From: a virus
IMG/VR virus record: IMGVR_UViG_3300037789_000060
DNA length: 64,000 nt
Direction: 5' to 3' (one strand)
Below, piece by piece: positions 7,754-16,074 of the stretch (position 1 is its first letter; every line of letters begins with the position of its first letter). A program made the position numbers and the translations under genes. The notes under the pieces are model-generated. The model saw only the letters and a list, made by a program, of their open reading frames with translations. It had not been told where the DNA came from and ran no database searches.

Positions 7754-8931
7754 TTCAGAACCTCTTCCAAAATCGTCTCGACATCTGCCGTCGAGACTTG
7801 GCCTTTGACCCGGTTTCTATGCGCCAGGGCAATTTTCCCATAGGCTTCATATACTGGGTCGCCTTTTGTTGGGGCTTGACCTTCGTCGCGATAGGTTCTC
7901 AGGACTGCATCCAGTTGCTTGTCATCGCTGGCGGAGGACAGAGCGGAGTGCAGCTCCCGAATGTATTGAATGTGGGCCTTCGAACCGAACGTGGCCCCGT
8001 TGGAAGTGTGGTCCTTTTGGGCGGATGTCGGCCGAGAAGCGCTCTTTTCAGTTCTGGGAGCAGCGCGTTCCCGGCCGACAACCTCTCCCTGCTCAAGATC
8101 AACCCCGGAGGAAAGAGGCTGACTATCGGGCGAGGGAAGGGTGTTCCGGTTTGCTGTGTGGGAGCCACCGGAGACAAGCGGGTTGTGATCAATTGTGGCG
8201 GGAGATGAAGACCTGTTGAAGTCAAAGTCTTCATCGCCGCGCTCGATGATTTGGCGTAGTGAATCTGGAAGGGACGGGACGGATTTCGAGCCGCGCCGGA
8301 CTGGGCATTTCCGGGCCATTTCACTGAACCAGTATTTCCATGCGGGACTATCGGGTGACTTGGAGGCCCTGCGGATCTGATCGATCGTTGCCCTATCCAT
8401 AACCTCGCGGTGGATTATCGACCGGTCACTGCCACGGAAGATGGCATACACGCCGATTATTTTTCCGCGGTCTTGCCCCAGACGGGCTGGCTTGTGGGTG
8501 AGGAAAGGGTTGTCGCCTTCAGCGTAGTCAAAATCATCATTCTCGTAGACGCAAGCAGCGTCGATCGCGTCGATACCAGCCAGTTCTCTGGCTCGCTTCC
8601 GGATGCCTTGAACCATTGGCATATACTGGGCTTTTTTAATCCATTGATCCGGGCCGCCCTTCACAGTCACTTTTGTATTGTATATCTGGATGGTTGCTTC
8701 CCTGTCGTCGGGTATCAGGCCATCCGCCGAGCAGTTCAGCAGCGCCGATAGAAGGCTTCCGCTGTCCGCATCAAGCAACTCCGGGGTTCTGATAACTGCG
8801 TTCACGAACGCAGACCGTAAACGATCAGGAGAGACTTCAGTGCTCTGAAGCGAGTTCATCAGATCCGTTTGATGTGTATCAAAGAATGACTTCGCTTGAT
8901 CCTTCGGATCGATGATTGATTTGTTCGACAT
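7750..8931 (-). CDS. recT: RecT family single-strand annealing protein
   Basis: SLLSALLNCSADGLIPD.REA, QYMPMVQG, AACVYEND.F.Y..G, W..WFSEMARK..VRR..K..P; long disordered C-tail. Confidence 0.9.
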   Translation of the reverse strand: MSNKSIIDPKDQAKSFFDTHQTDLMNSLQSTEVSPDRLRSAFVNAVIRTPELLDADSGSLLSALLNCSADGLIPDDREATIQIYNTKVTVKGGPDQWIKKAQYMPMVQGIRKRARELAGIDAIDAACVYENDDFDYAEGDNPFLTHKPARLGQDRGKIIGVYAIFRGSDRSIIHREVMDRATIDQIRRASKSPDSPAWKYWFSEMARKCPVRRGSKSVPSLPDSLRQIIERGDEDFDFNRSSSPATIDHNPLVSGGSHTANRNTLPSPDSQPLSSGVDLEQGEVVGRERAAPRTEKSASRPTSAQKDHTSNGATFGSKAHIQYIRELHSALSSASDDKQLDAVLRTYRDEGQAPTKGDPVYEAYGKIALAHRNRVKGQVSTADVETILEEVLK

Positions 8932-8939
8932 GCGCGCTC

Positions 8940-9992
8940 CTATCGTCCGACCCATGCAGGCATCAGACCGTCATAAAATGTGTTGATTGGGTGTTCAGAC
9001 GGCCAAGGTTCATCGAGGCCGTACTTGTCTCGAAGTGCGACGTAACGTGCCAAGCCGTTGTCGATTTCATTCTTTGCAGTCTGCCAGGCTTCGGTCTCTT
9101 GTGGGAACAGCCACGCCATAGTTTGCGGGGCGCCAACACTCTTGATGAAAACCCAAACCCATTGAGGATGCGGCCGGTTGTAGACTTCCTCTAAGAAGGT
9201 CGGCCAAGGTGGCGTTCCAAAAACCTGGCCCTTTTCAAAGAACTCTCGACCAGCATGCCATCCATCTTCATAGTGGACGGCCTGAATGTCATAGCGGAAA
9301 TTGCCAAGGGTATTTCCCACGCCCTTTTCCAATGAGCCATTTCGCCAAGGGCGGAATGATTTCAGATCGATGACGCTTTCAGGGATCAAATAGTCTTTTT
9401 TGCTCTTCACCCGGACGCCCTGGCGCTCCCAGATGTAGACGACTTCAGCGGCTCCGCCCACGAACTGGGTATTTTCCATTGCAGCGCCAACCATTTTGTC
9501 GCGCTGCATCCATTGGGCCGCGAACTCAACCTGTGCGCGGATCTTCGGTTCCAGCGTTCTGGCGCCGGCTACGAGCTTTTGATTGAAGCTATCCTCAATC
9601 TCCTGCCATATTGGCGTCTCGGTATCGAAATCCCGAATGGCCTTAATCAGTTTTGCCTTTGTCAATTTGCCACTGACTGGCAGGCCCATTGAATCTGCGT
9701 GTTGCTTCAGCTCTTCATTGGTTGTCAAAAGGGAGGGATAGTCATTTGGATCGGGCTTGATGATATAGGTGTCATCAAAGGCCTGCTTGCCCTCAAGAAC
9801 ACGTTTGTGGATGGCATGCCCCCACTGAATAGCCTTCGTGTCTTTGTCATCTGGGCCGAACAGCCGGTCAAATTGGAACTCGACGGGGTCTGCGACAATT
9901 GCTTTGATGTCATTCGAACCATGGCCAGGGTCAGCAAAGTAGTCTTCATCCGACATGCCAAAATGAATACCGAGTGGGAGAAGGTCAGACAT
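8940..9992 (-). CDS. RecE/exonuclease VIII-like PD-(D/E)XK nuclease (DUF3799-like)
   Basis: GIHFGMSDEDYFAD, WGHAIHKRVLEG, KSKKDYL...IDLKS...YDIQAVHY; directly upstream of recT. Confidence 0.8.
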   Translation of the reverse strand: MSDLLPLGIHFGMSDEDYFADPGHGSNDIKAIVADPVEFQFDRLFGPDDKDTKAIQWGHAIHKRVLEGKQAFDDTYIIKPDPNDYPSLLTTNEELKQHADSMGLPVSGKLTKAKLIKAIRDFDTETPIWQEIEDSFNQKLVAGARTLEPKIRAQVEFAAQWMQRDKMVGAAMENTQFVGGAAEVVYIWERQGVRVKSKKDYLIPESVIDLKSFRPWRNGSLEKGVGNTLGNFRYDIQAVHYEDGWHAGREFFEKGQVFGTPPWPTFLEEVYNRPHPQWVWVFIKSVGAPQTMAWLFPQETEAWQTAKNEIDNGLARYVALRDKYGLDEPWPSEHPINTFYDGLMPAWVGR

Positions 9993-10641
9993 TTGGATAC
10001 CCCGCATCGAGTAGATCTTCTGTTCGTTTGATCAGGTCGGAAGCAATGCGATAGTTGTTATTGTCCATGGCGATGATCTTCAGCGCATGGTGAGGGCAAT
10101 AGCTGAACCCTTCGATCTGGGGAGCACCACAGAAGCGATGGCACGTGCCGTCTTGCGAGGTGGAATACCGACAGTCGTTTGGTTCAAGATCGAGCAACAG
10201 CAATTCTCTTGATGGGATTCTGGTTGACCGCATCGCAATGCGCCGCCGCTTGATTAGATTCTCACCGTGCTTTGACCGGGGAGCATCCTGACCGGTTCTG
10301 TTCCTCGCCTTCCTTCCAAACGGCATGACGGGCAGGCCGCCATGCTGCGTCACCGGACGGAGCAACCGTTGGGGTTTCCGTTCGGAAGCACCAATTGATG
10401 GTGGAGTTTTGGAGCCGGTCGCAGTTTTCGATTTCTTGGGTTTCGCCGGCTGCTTCCGACCCCGCGCATTCTGAGATTGCCCGCCGGGAATCGCCAAACC
10501 CATCCTGGTGATCACACCAATGACAGAGTTGCGGGTCTTGTTTGTGCCAAATTCCCTGTTGACGGCTTCAGCGAGCTCGGCGCGCGACATCTCTTTGTAA
10601 TGGGTTCGTACAAACTCTTTTTGTTCGGGCGTCCAGGTCAT
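9985..10641 (-). CDS. gcrA: GcrA family cell-cycle regulator homolog
   Basis: N-terminal WT.EQ...TRNSVIGVITRMGL; C-terminal LLDLEPNDCRY...FCGAP...SYCPHH. Confidence 0.85.
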   Translation of the reverse strand: MTWTPEQKEFVRTHYKEMSRAELAEAVNREFGTNKTRNSVIGVITRMGLAIPGGQSQNARGRKQPAKPKKSKTATGSKTPPSIGASERKPQRLLRPVTQHGGLPVMPFGRKARNRTGQDAPRSKHGENLIKRRRIAMRSTRIPSRELLLLDLEPNDCRYSTSQDGTCHRFCGAPQIEGFSYCPHHALKIIAMDNNNYRIASDLIKRTEDLLDAGYPNV

Positions 10642-10643
10642 GG

Positions 10644-11966
10644 TTATTCCGCCACCTTGCCGGCCGGTGTCTTGACGACTTGCCCGTCCTCAATAACGAA
10701 ACCAATCTTCCCAGAGTTCTCGACGCGCTCGATCCATATTTGCAGATCATATTGTTCAGCGAAGGACCGCAGCATATCCATGCCGTCGTCATCCAGAAGT
10801 GATCCATCCCTGACACGAATAACGCGCAGCTTTGGGTTCATTGCAGATGCTATTGCGATCGAAGTGCGCAGTTGTTCGGCATCAGACGCTTGGTCGAACG
10901 GCCGCGAATTGAGTGTCAGCGCATCACCGTCCATACTGAGACCGTCAACAGGAACCTTGGCGTTCTTTATGGCGTTGATCTTGTCCTCGTTTCGCTTTGC
11001 GATAGCGGCGGTCAGCTTTTCTGATTGATCGGTTTTGTCTTTGAGCTCGGATGTTGTCTCCAAGTACCTTTTGCGTTCTGCGTAACGACTGTTGTGCTCA
11101 CGAGCTTCGTTGATCTTCACTCTCAAATCCGAGGCATCGACATCCTCAGGGATTTCCATTGCGTCAGCCTGGGCAAGGGTGTCCGCCTTTTCTTTCAAGG
11201 CTTCCTCAGCAGCAATTTCCAGCTGCTCTATTTCCCTTTTTGCAGCTTCGATCTGCTGCCGCAGCGCCTCAATCTCGGCTTTCCGATTGTCTGAATTTTC
11301 CTGCAAAGCATCTGCCTTGGAGCGCAGGGTCTGTTGTTCAACCCGCATTCTGTCGTTCTGGGAATTCGAGTTGCTGAGGTCGGCCAACTGGTCAACAAGA
11401 TCTTCAACGTTTATCTCGCTCTCCGGGAGGTCATCTATCTCGACGCCATGCAGCTTGCCGTAGAGAGATTTGATTTCCTTGTTCAGGATTGCTCGCTGAT
11501 CGAAGTCCCGTTTGTTCTCAGCCTCGACCGCATCGAAGTCAAAATCGGATACGAATCCCTTGAGTATTTCAAGCTGTTGCTTTGGGCTCATGCGGGTGAA
11601 GGCCAGCGGGTCGAATGACAGTGCTCCGATAAGATCGTCGAGCACTTTCTGTGGCGAAGGGAAGCGCGCGCCTTCCTCAGTTTCGACGATGATGCTGGTT
11701 GGGGTTGAGCCATCATCCTTCGCGGTGAATCTGCGTGTGACCTTCAAATGTCCAAGGTCCAGAAAGATGCGCGCCTGATGTGCGCCCTCACGAATGGGCT
11801 TTGCTTGAATGTGGCTTGCACCCGCGATCGCCCACCATATGGCGTCTAGGATCGAAGTCTTCCCCTGACCATTCTTGCCCGTAATTTCCACCACGCCGCC
11901 ATCCGGAGATATCTCGACGGCAACGAGCCGCTTCAGGTTCTCGGCTTCGAACTTTAAAATTTTCAT
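10644..11966 (-). CDS. SMC/SbcC-like coiled-coil ATPase
   Basis: Walker A ITGKNGQGKTS, central coiled coil, ASDAEQ signature, IRVRDGSLLD Walker B variant. Confidence 0.85.
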   Translation of the reverse strand: MKILKFEAENLKRLVAVEISPDGGVVEITGKNGQGKTSILDAIWWAIAGASHIQAKPIREGAHQARIFLDLGHLKVTRRFTAKDDGSTPTSIIVETEEGARFPSPQKVLDDLIGALSFDPLAFTRMSPKQQLEILKGFVSDFDFDAVEAENKRDFDQRAILNKEIKSLYGKLHGVEIDDLPESEINVEDLVDQLADLSNSNSQNDRMRVEQQTLRSKADALQENSDNRKAEIEALRQQIEAAKREIEQLEIAAEEALKEKADTLAQADAMEIPEDVDASDLRVKINEAREHNSRYAERKRYLETTSELKDKTDQSEKLTAAIAKRNEDKINAIKNAKVPVDGLSMDGDALTLNSRPFDQASDAEQLRTSIAIASAMNPKLRVIRVRDGSLLDDDGMDMLRSFAEQYDLQIWIERVENSGKIGFVIEDGQVVKTPAGKVAE

Positions 11967-12376
11967 GCTGTGTCCTCTGTCGATGCACCGCTGCATGCGG
12001 CTTCGTGAAGCTGGTCAAGCCAGCTATTCAGGACAGCGAGGTAGTGAGCCCATGGATCGTAAATGACTTCAGGGGATGAAGGGCAGGCCTCGGCAGCATC
12101 AATGGCAGTTCGAAGCAGCCATAACCGATCGGTAAATCCACTGGTCAGGCACAAGCTCGCAAAAATATTTGCCAGCAATGAGTTGAATTCATCATCCCCA
12201 ACGGGATCAATGTGGGGCCGTTTGTTCCTGATTGAACTGAGAGCATTTTGTCGTGTCAGGTGCTCCATCAAAGACGACTGAGTCTTTACGGGGCGCAGTA
12301 TCTTTAGACTTGCGGGTAAAGGTTCGCCGCCCTTGAACTGAAGGGCTGATTTCATTCCGGACATAGGTCTCACCAC
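11963..12376 (-). CDS. Hypothetical protein (start uncertain)
   Basis: Stop overlaps the ATPase start (ATGA); 5' end overlaps the next ORF. Confidence 0.45.
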   Translation of the reverse strand: MVRPMSGMKSALQFKGGEPLPASLKILRPVKTQSSLMEHLTRQNALSSIRNKRPHIDPVGDDEFNSLLANIFASLCLTSGFTDRLWLLRTAIDAAEACPSSPEVIYDPWAHYLAVLNSWLDQLHEAACSGASTEDTA

Positions 12377-12500
12377 CTGGCTCGACGCAACTTATAGAAA
12401 TGACACCAATTGTTCGGACACCTGGCACAGGCGTGAATACAACAGCGATTGCAACTTCCAAGGAACGTTGCGGACATTCAATAAATAGCTCTTCGAGCAC
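12207..12500 (-). CDS. Hypothetical first gene of the leftward operon
   Basis: ATG at 12500 preceded by GGAAAG, downstream of the putative pL; long overlap with the next ORF lowers confidence. Confidence 0.35.
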   Translation of the reverse strand: MLEELFIECPQRSLEVAIAVVFTPVPGVRTIGVISISCVEPGGETYVRNEISPSVQGRRTFTRKSKDTAPRKDSVVFDGAPDTTKCSQFNQEQTAPH

Positions 12501-12558
12501 ATTTCGCTTTCCAATTTCGCATCACGATCACCATCTGGGTCTTCGGTGATGCAGCAAA

Positions 12559-12610
12559 AATTAAGCACCACTTAAAAAATATGTCAACGAAAAATTTAAG
12601 CACAACTTAA
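12559..12610 (-). promoter_or_regulatory. Putative pL promoter with two operator boxes (12561-12575 and 12596-12610)
   Basis: TTAAGCACCACTTAA and TTAAGCACAACTTAA flank a minus-strand TTGACA (12582-12587). Confidence 0.75.
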
Positions 12611-12639
12611 TAATTTGACAGGACTGCAAGCTGTGATGC

Positions 12640-12675
12640 AAAAGAAAAACCCCGGACAGGGTGAGCTGACCGGGG
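12640..12675 (-). terminator. Rho-independent terminator downstream of cI
   Basis: Minus strand CCCCGG-N14-CCGGGG followed by TTTTTCTTTT. Confidence 0.7.
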
Positions 12676-13190
12676 CTTGAGCGCTGATGAGGCGCAAGGC
12701 CTAGATTGTGCATTAAAACTACAAGAAGACCGTAGTTTTTCTAGCATTTCCGAGGCTTTGCGGCAAACAAAATTGGCGTTTTAGGTCTGAAGAACGCGAT
12801 ATTTTGTGCCTGCTCGGAGGTTCCCGGCAAAATGTAGTGTGGCTCAGGCAATGTTCTGGTTTTTTCAATTGTTTTTCCAGAACGCCGGCGCCCCGGTTCA
12901 TTAAACAGTAGGCGGTTCTTGTCCCAGTCTGACAAGACGAAACCAGACGGGGTTGATGGCCCGCCCGATCCAGTGTTTGCGGCACTCGGGGTAACCAAGG
13001 CACCATTTTACACAGTTCGGCCAGCTCAGGTTTGACAGCCATTTTGAGGCCGGTAAGGCGCGGTAGGGTCCGCGATAACAAAACTAGCCTTGGGGTATAT
13101 CGGTTTCAGAAATGCTTGGCTTGGCGGTGAGGCCAGCCGGATAGGCGGCTCCCTGTGTAAGGGACCATCTAAATGATATTCCTATGCCTA

Positions 13191-13532
13191 TCACCCGGTC
13201 TTTCGATTGTTGTCAGTCACGAAAGAGTTGAGGAACCTTAGAGTTTGTTCTCTCTGGGCGGGCTCGAGTGTTTCCCATATCGACCAAGGGGCTTCCGGAT
13301 CTGTCGGGTTTCTCATAAGCAAATCTGCCGGAGTGCAATTCAGTGCCTGGGCGAATGCTTCAAGAGTTTTGTCGGTGAAACCCTGCTTTCCAGTCTCCAG
13401 TTGCGATATGCTGGGAGTGCTCGTTCCGATGCGTTCGGCAAGCTGCTCCTGTGTCAGGCCGCGGTACTTGCGCCATTCCTTGAAAAAGTATTTGGGCCTC
13501 TGTGGCTTTGGGTGTGGCCGGGTTTTTTTCAT
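13191..13532 (-). CDS. cI: CI-like XRE HTH repressor lacking an S24 peptidase domain
   Basis: FKEWRKYRGLTQEQLAERIGTSTPSISQLETGKQG; divergent from cro; only about 113 aa. Confidence 0.85.
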   Translation of the reverse strand: MKKTRPHPKPQRPKYFFKEWRKYRGLTQEQLAERIGTSTPSISQLETGKQGFTDKTLEAFAQALNCTPADLLMRNPTDPEAPWSIWETLEPAQREQTLRFLNSFVTDNNRKTG

Positions 13533-13585
13533 AGGCAGATTATGAATCTGTATAAATTGCGTTTCCATACGTTCTCACTTAAAAA

Positions 13586-13616
13586 TTAAGCTTGACTTAA
13601 ATTAAGCAACGCTGAA
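13586..13616 (+). promoter_or_regulatory. Putative pR operators/promoter
   Basis: TTAAGCTTGACTTAA (13586-13600, contains the -35-like TTGACT) and near-match TTAAGCAACGCTGAA (13602-13616). Confidence 0.75.
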
Positions 13617-13625
13617 TATTTGGCT

Positions 13626-13826
13626 ATGGAAAAATTACTTGATTATCTGAATTCGCAAAGAGGTCGGCGCAAGGAACTTGCAGGCCAGTTGGGCATTCAA
13701 TGTGCGGCCTTGTCGCAGTGGAAGCAGGTTCCACCAGCGCGTGTAATGGCCGTTCATGAGATTACTCAGATACCTTTGCATGAGCTAAGGCCAGATTTGT
13801 ATCAAGCGCCAAATGTAGGCAGCTAG
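13626..13826 (+). CDS. cro: Cro-like (YdaS family) regulator
   Basis: LAGQLGI...ALSQWKQVPPARV..V...T.IP.HELRPDLY. Confidence 0.85.
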   Translation: MEKLLDYLNSQRGRRKELAGQLGIQCAALSQWKQVPPARVMAVHEITQIPLHELRPDLYQAPNVGS

Positions 13827-13833
13827 AAAGTCA

Positions 13834-14409
13834 ATGCTGTTGTTTGATGGTTGGCCGTTTGATCCGTTGCCACAGCAATCATTTGATTTGATCATGGCAG
13901 ATCCGGCTTGGGAAAGTGAAATGTGGTCCGAGAAGGGATACGAAAAATCCCCGGAAGCACATTACGAGACTATGCCGCTGGAAGCTATCAAATCGCTTCC
14001 AGTTCTAGATTTAGCAGCGCCACACTGCATCCTATGGCTTTGGTGTAGGGCGCCGCAGCTGGACCTTGGGTTTGAGGTCCTGAAAGCATGGGGTTTTGCG
14101 TTCACGACCCAAGGGGTGTGGCGCAAGGTTACCAAGAATAAAAAAATGCGTTGGGGAACTGGGTACGTTCTTCGTTCCACCCATGAACCCTTCCTTATCG
14201 GCAAGCGGGGAAAGCCTTCATCTTCAAGGTCCATTCCGTCATGTTTCGACGGGCTGGCGCGTGAGCATTCACGCAAGCCTGAAGAGGGTTATGCGCTCGC
14301 GGAGAAGATGTTGCCTGGCGCCCGCCGGGTAGATCTTTTCAGCCGTGAAAAGCGCCCGGGTTGGGACAACTGGGGCCGTGAAAAATTCAAGTTCAACGCT
14401 GAAAAATAG
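13834..14409 (+). CDS. MT-A70 family adenine methyltransferase
   Basis: FDLIMADPAW, HYETM, ILWLW, W.K.T...G.GY.LR..HEP.LIG.RG, REHSRKPEE, LFSRE.RPGWD.WG. Confidence 0.9.
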   Translation: MLLFDGWPFDPLPQQSFDLIMADPAWESEMWSEKGYEKSPEAHYETMPLEAIKSLPVLDLAAPHCILWLWCRAPQLDLGFEVLKAWGFAFTTQGVWRKVTKNKKMRWGTGYVLRSTHEPFLIGKRGKPSSSRSIPSCFDGLAREHSRKPEEGYALAEKMLPGARRVDLFSREKRPGWDNWGREKFKFNAEK

Positions 14410-14418
14410 GAACCAGGA

Positions 14419-15033
14419 ATGTCCAATACAGAAGAAACAGGAACAGTAGGGAAGGGGCATAACAGTGACGCTGCTCGCGCTCTGCTTATGCATCACCTGA
14501 ATGCCATCGGGCCACTCGAGAAACAGATGGCTGCGCTCAAGGGGAAAATTGGTGCAGCCTACAAAGAAGCCAAGGTCGACGGTATCTCCAAAAAGGATAT
14601 CAAGTTCGCCCAGGATCTGCAGAAGGATCGAGACGAGCAGATGCTTGAACGTCGACGTCGCGAGACAGAGATTGCGCTTTGGTTGCAGCATCCGATCGGA
14701 ACGCAGATCGAGATGTTCGATCAGGACCGGACGCCAGTTGCCGAACGTGCGTTCGAGCAGGGAAAGAACGCCGGCATGAAGGGCGAAACCTGCAACCCAC
14801 CGCATGCTGAATCAACTGAGCAAGGCCAGAAGTGGATTGAAGGCTGGCACATCGGTCAGAAGGCCATCTTCAACATCAAGAAATCTGATCCCGAAGAGGC
14901 CACACTGCTGCGCGCTGACGAGGCCAAGGTTGAACGCACCGAAGACGATGACGCGCTCGACGAGGCTGGCGAAGAAGCATCTGAAGTGGAAGAGCCTGGG
15001 AGCGATGAACAATCCAAGGATGACGAGGACTGA
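14419..15033 (+). CDS. GapR (DUF2312)-like protein with C-terminal Rmf/CrpP-like segment
   Basis: GHNS...LEKQMAALKGKIGAAYKEAKVDGI (GapR-like); AFEQGKNAGMKGETCNPP...KWIEGWHIGQ (Rmf-like); acidic tail. Confidence 0.55.
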   Translation: MSNTEETGTVGKGHNSDAARALLMHHLNAIGPLEKQMAALKGKIGAAYKEAKVDGISKKDIKFAQDLQKDRDEQMLERRRRETEIALWLQHPIGTQIEMFDQDRTPVAERAFEQGKNAGMKGETCNPPHAESTEQGQKWIEGWHIGQKAIFNIKKSDPEEATLLRADEAKVERTEDDDALDEAGEEASEVEEPGSDEQSKDDED

Positions 15034-15038
15034 TCATC

Positions 15039-15671
15039 ATGAAGGTGTCGGGATTTGACGTTTCCAAAGCTGTGACGGGTTGGGGAACATATGACTGTAA
15101 CAACTGGAATGCCGGCACCTTGCGCTGCCCAGTCAAAGCGCCATTCGAACTGAAAAAGCACGATATCGACGCGATGTATACCGGCCAGGTCTGTGACTGG
15201 TACCGCCATGAATTTCTATCTTTGCTTGCCATCCATAAGCCTGATGCTGTCGGCATTGAAAAGCCTCTGACAACGATGTTTGCCAGAACGAAGCTCGAAG
15301 TTGATCAGGACGCGATGTTTGCTGGAAAAGCGCTGAAGCGAACCAAGCAGGACACCACGAACTTTGCGACGGTTCATTTGCTGCATTCGGTTGCCGCAGT
15401 GCTCTGTGCGCTCTGCGCCCGGAAAAAAATCCCTGTCTATTTCATAGCTCAGCAATCGTGGCGCAGCAGTTTTGGTGTGGGGTGGCCTTCGAAGGGCTGT
15501 AAAGACAGGTCCAAGCACTTCAAGGTCGAAGCGCGCCGCATCTGCGACGAAATGGGTATATCGGTGAAGTCAAACGATGCCGCCGAAGCTATCGGCATTA
15601 CGCATCATTTGATGGAGCAGCTAAACCCGCATCATACAAGGCGGGCACATGATTTATTCTCGACCAAATAG
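15039..15671 (+). CDS. RuvC-like Holliday junction resolvase
   Basis: GFDVSKAVTGW, VGIEKP, QSWRSSFG, NDAAEAIGI. Confidence 0.7.
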   Translation: MKVSGFDVSKAVTGWGTYDCNNWNAGTLRCPVKAPFELKKHDIDAMYTGQVCDWYRHEFLSLLAIHKPDAVGIEKPLTTMFARTKLEVDQDAMFAGKALKRTKQDTTNFATVHLLHSVAAVLCALCARKKIPVYFIAQQSWRSSFGVGWPSKGCKDRSKHFKVEARRICDEMGISVKSNDAAEAIGITHHLMEQLNPHHTRRAHDLFSTK

Positions 15672-15837
15672 AGACCTGTCCGCTCTGGATGTTCATCGCG
15701 CTGCGTGTCTTTGGATCCAAGGCAAAGACACGAAAAGCATTGCCTCAACCCTCAGGGTTACTGAAGCCAAAATCGCATCATCCATCCAATCCATCAAACA
15801 AGCAGCTAATACAATGAAGGAGAATTCCAATGCCTGA
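15649..15837 (+). CDS. Small HTH protein
   Basis: LWIQGKDTKSIASTLRVTEAKIASSI. Confidence 0.55.
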   Translation: MIYSRPNRDLSALDVHRAACLWIQGKDTKSIASTLRVTEAKIASSIQSIKQAANTMKENSNA

Positions 15838-16069
15838 ATCCAAAGGCACCGTAGAGAATGTAGCAACTGCAGAGTTCGAAAGAACAATCGCGACAATGGG
15901 CATTGTTGCACCGATATCTGCTGAAGATGACACCTTCTATGAAAGCAAACAGCGTTTGCGCAGCCATTTTCCAAGGGCACACATGATCACGCTGCTCCCG
16001 GCGGACGCTGGCTGGACAGAGGTCCTGATGGTTGATGATACAGGCGTCTATAAAACTGTTGTCAGGTAG
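15830..16069 (+). CDS. Hypothetical protein
   Basis: AGGAG RBS; in operon between the HTH gene and dnaB. Confidence 0.55.
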   Translation: MPESKGTVENVATAEFERTIATMGIVAPISAEDDTFYESKQRLRSHFPRAHMITLLPADAGWTEVLMVDDTGVYKTVVR

Positions 16070-16074
16070 CAAAC

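Noticed and set aside
11983-12000. ATGCA-CCGC-TGCAT palindrome about 17 nt before the SMC-like ATPase start as a 13th hairpin copy
   Set aside because: Loop (GCGG on the mRNA) lacks the terminal A, there is no CCC leader, and it lies within a coding sequence
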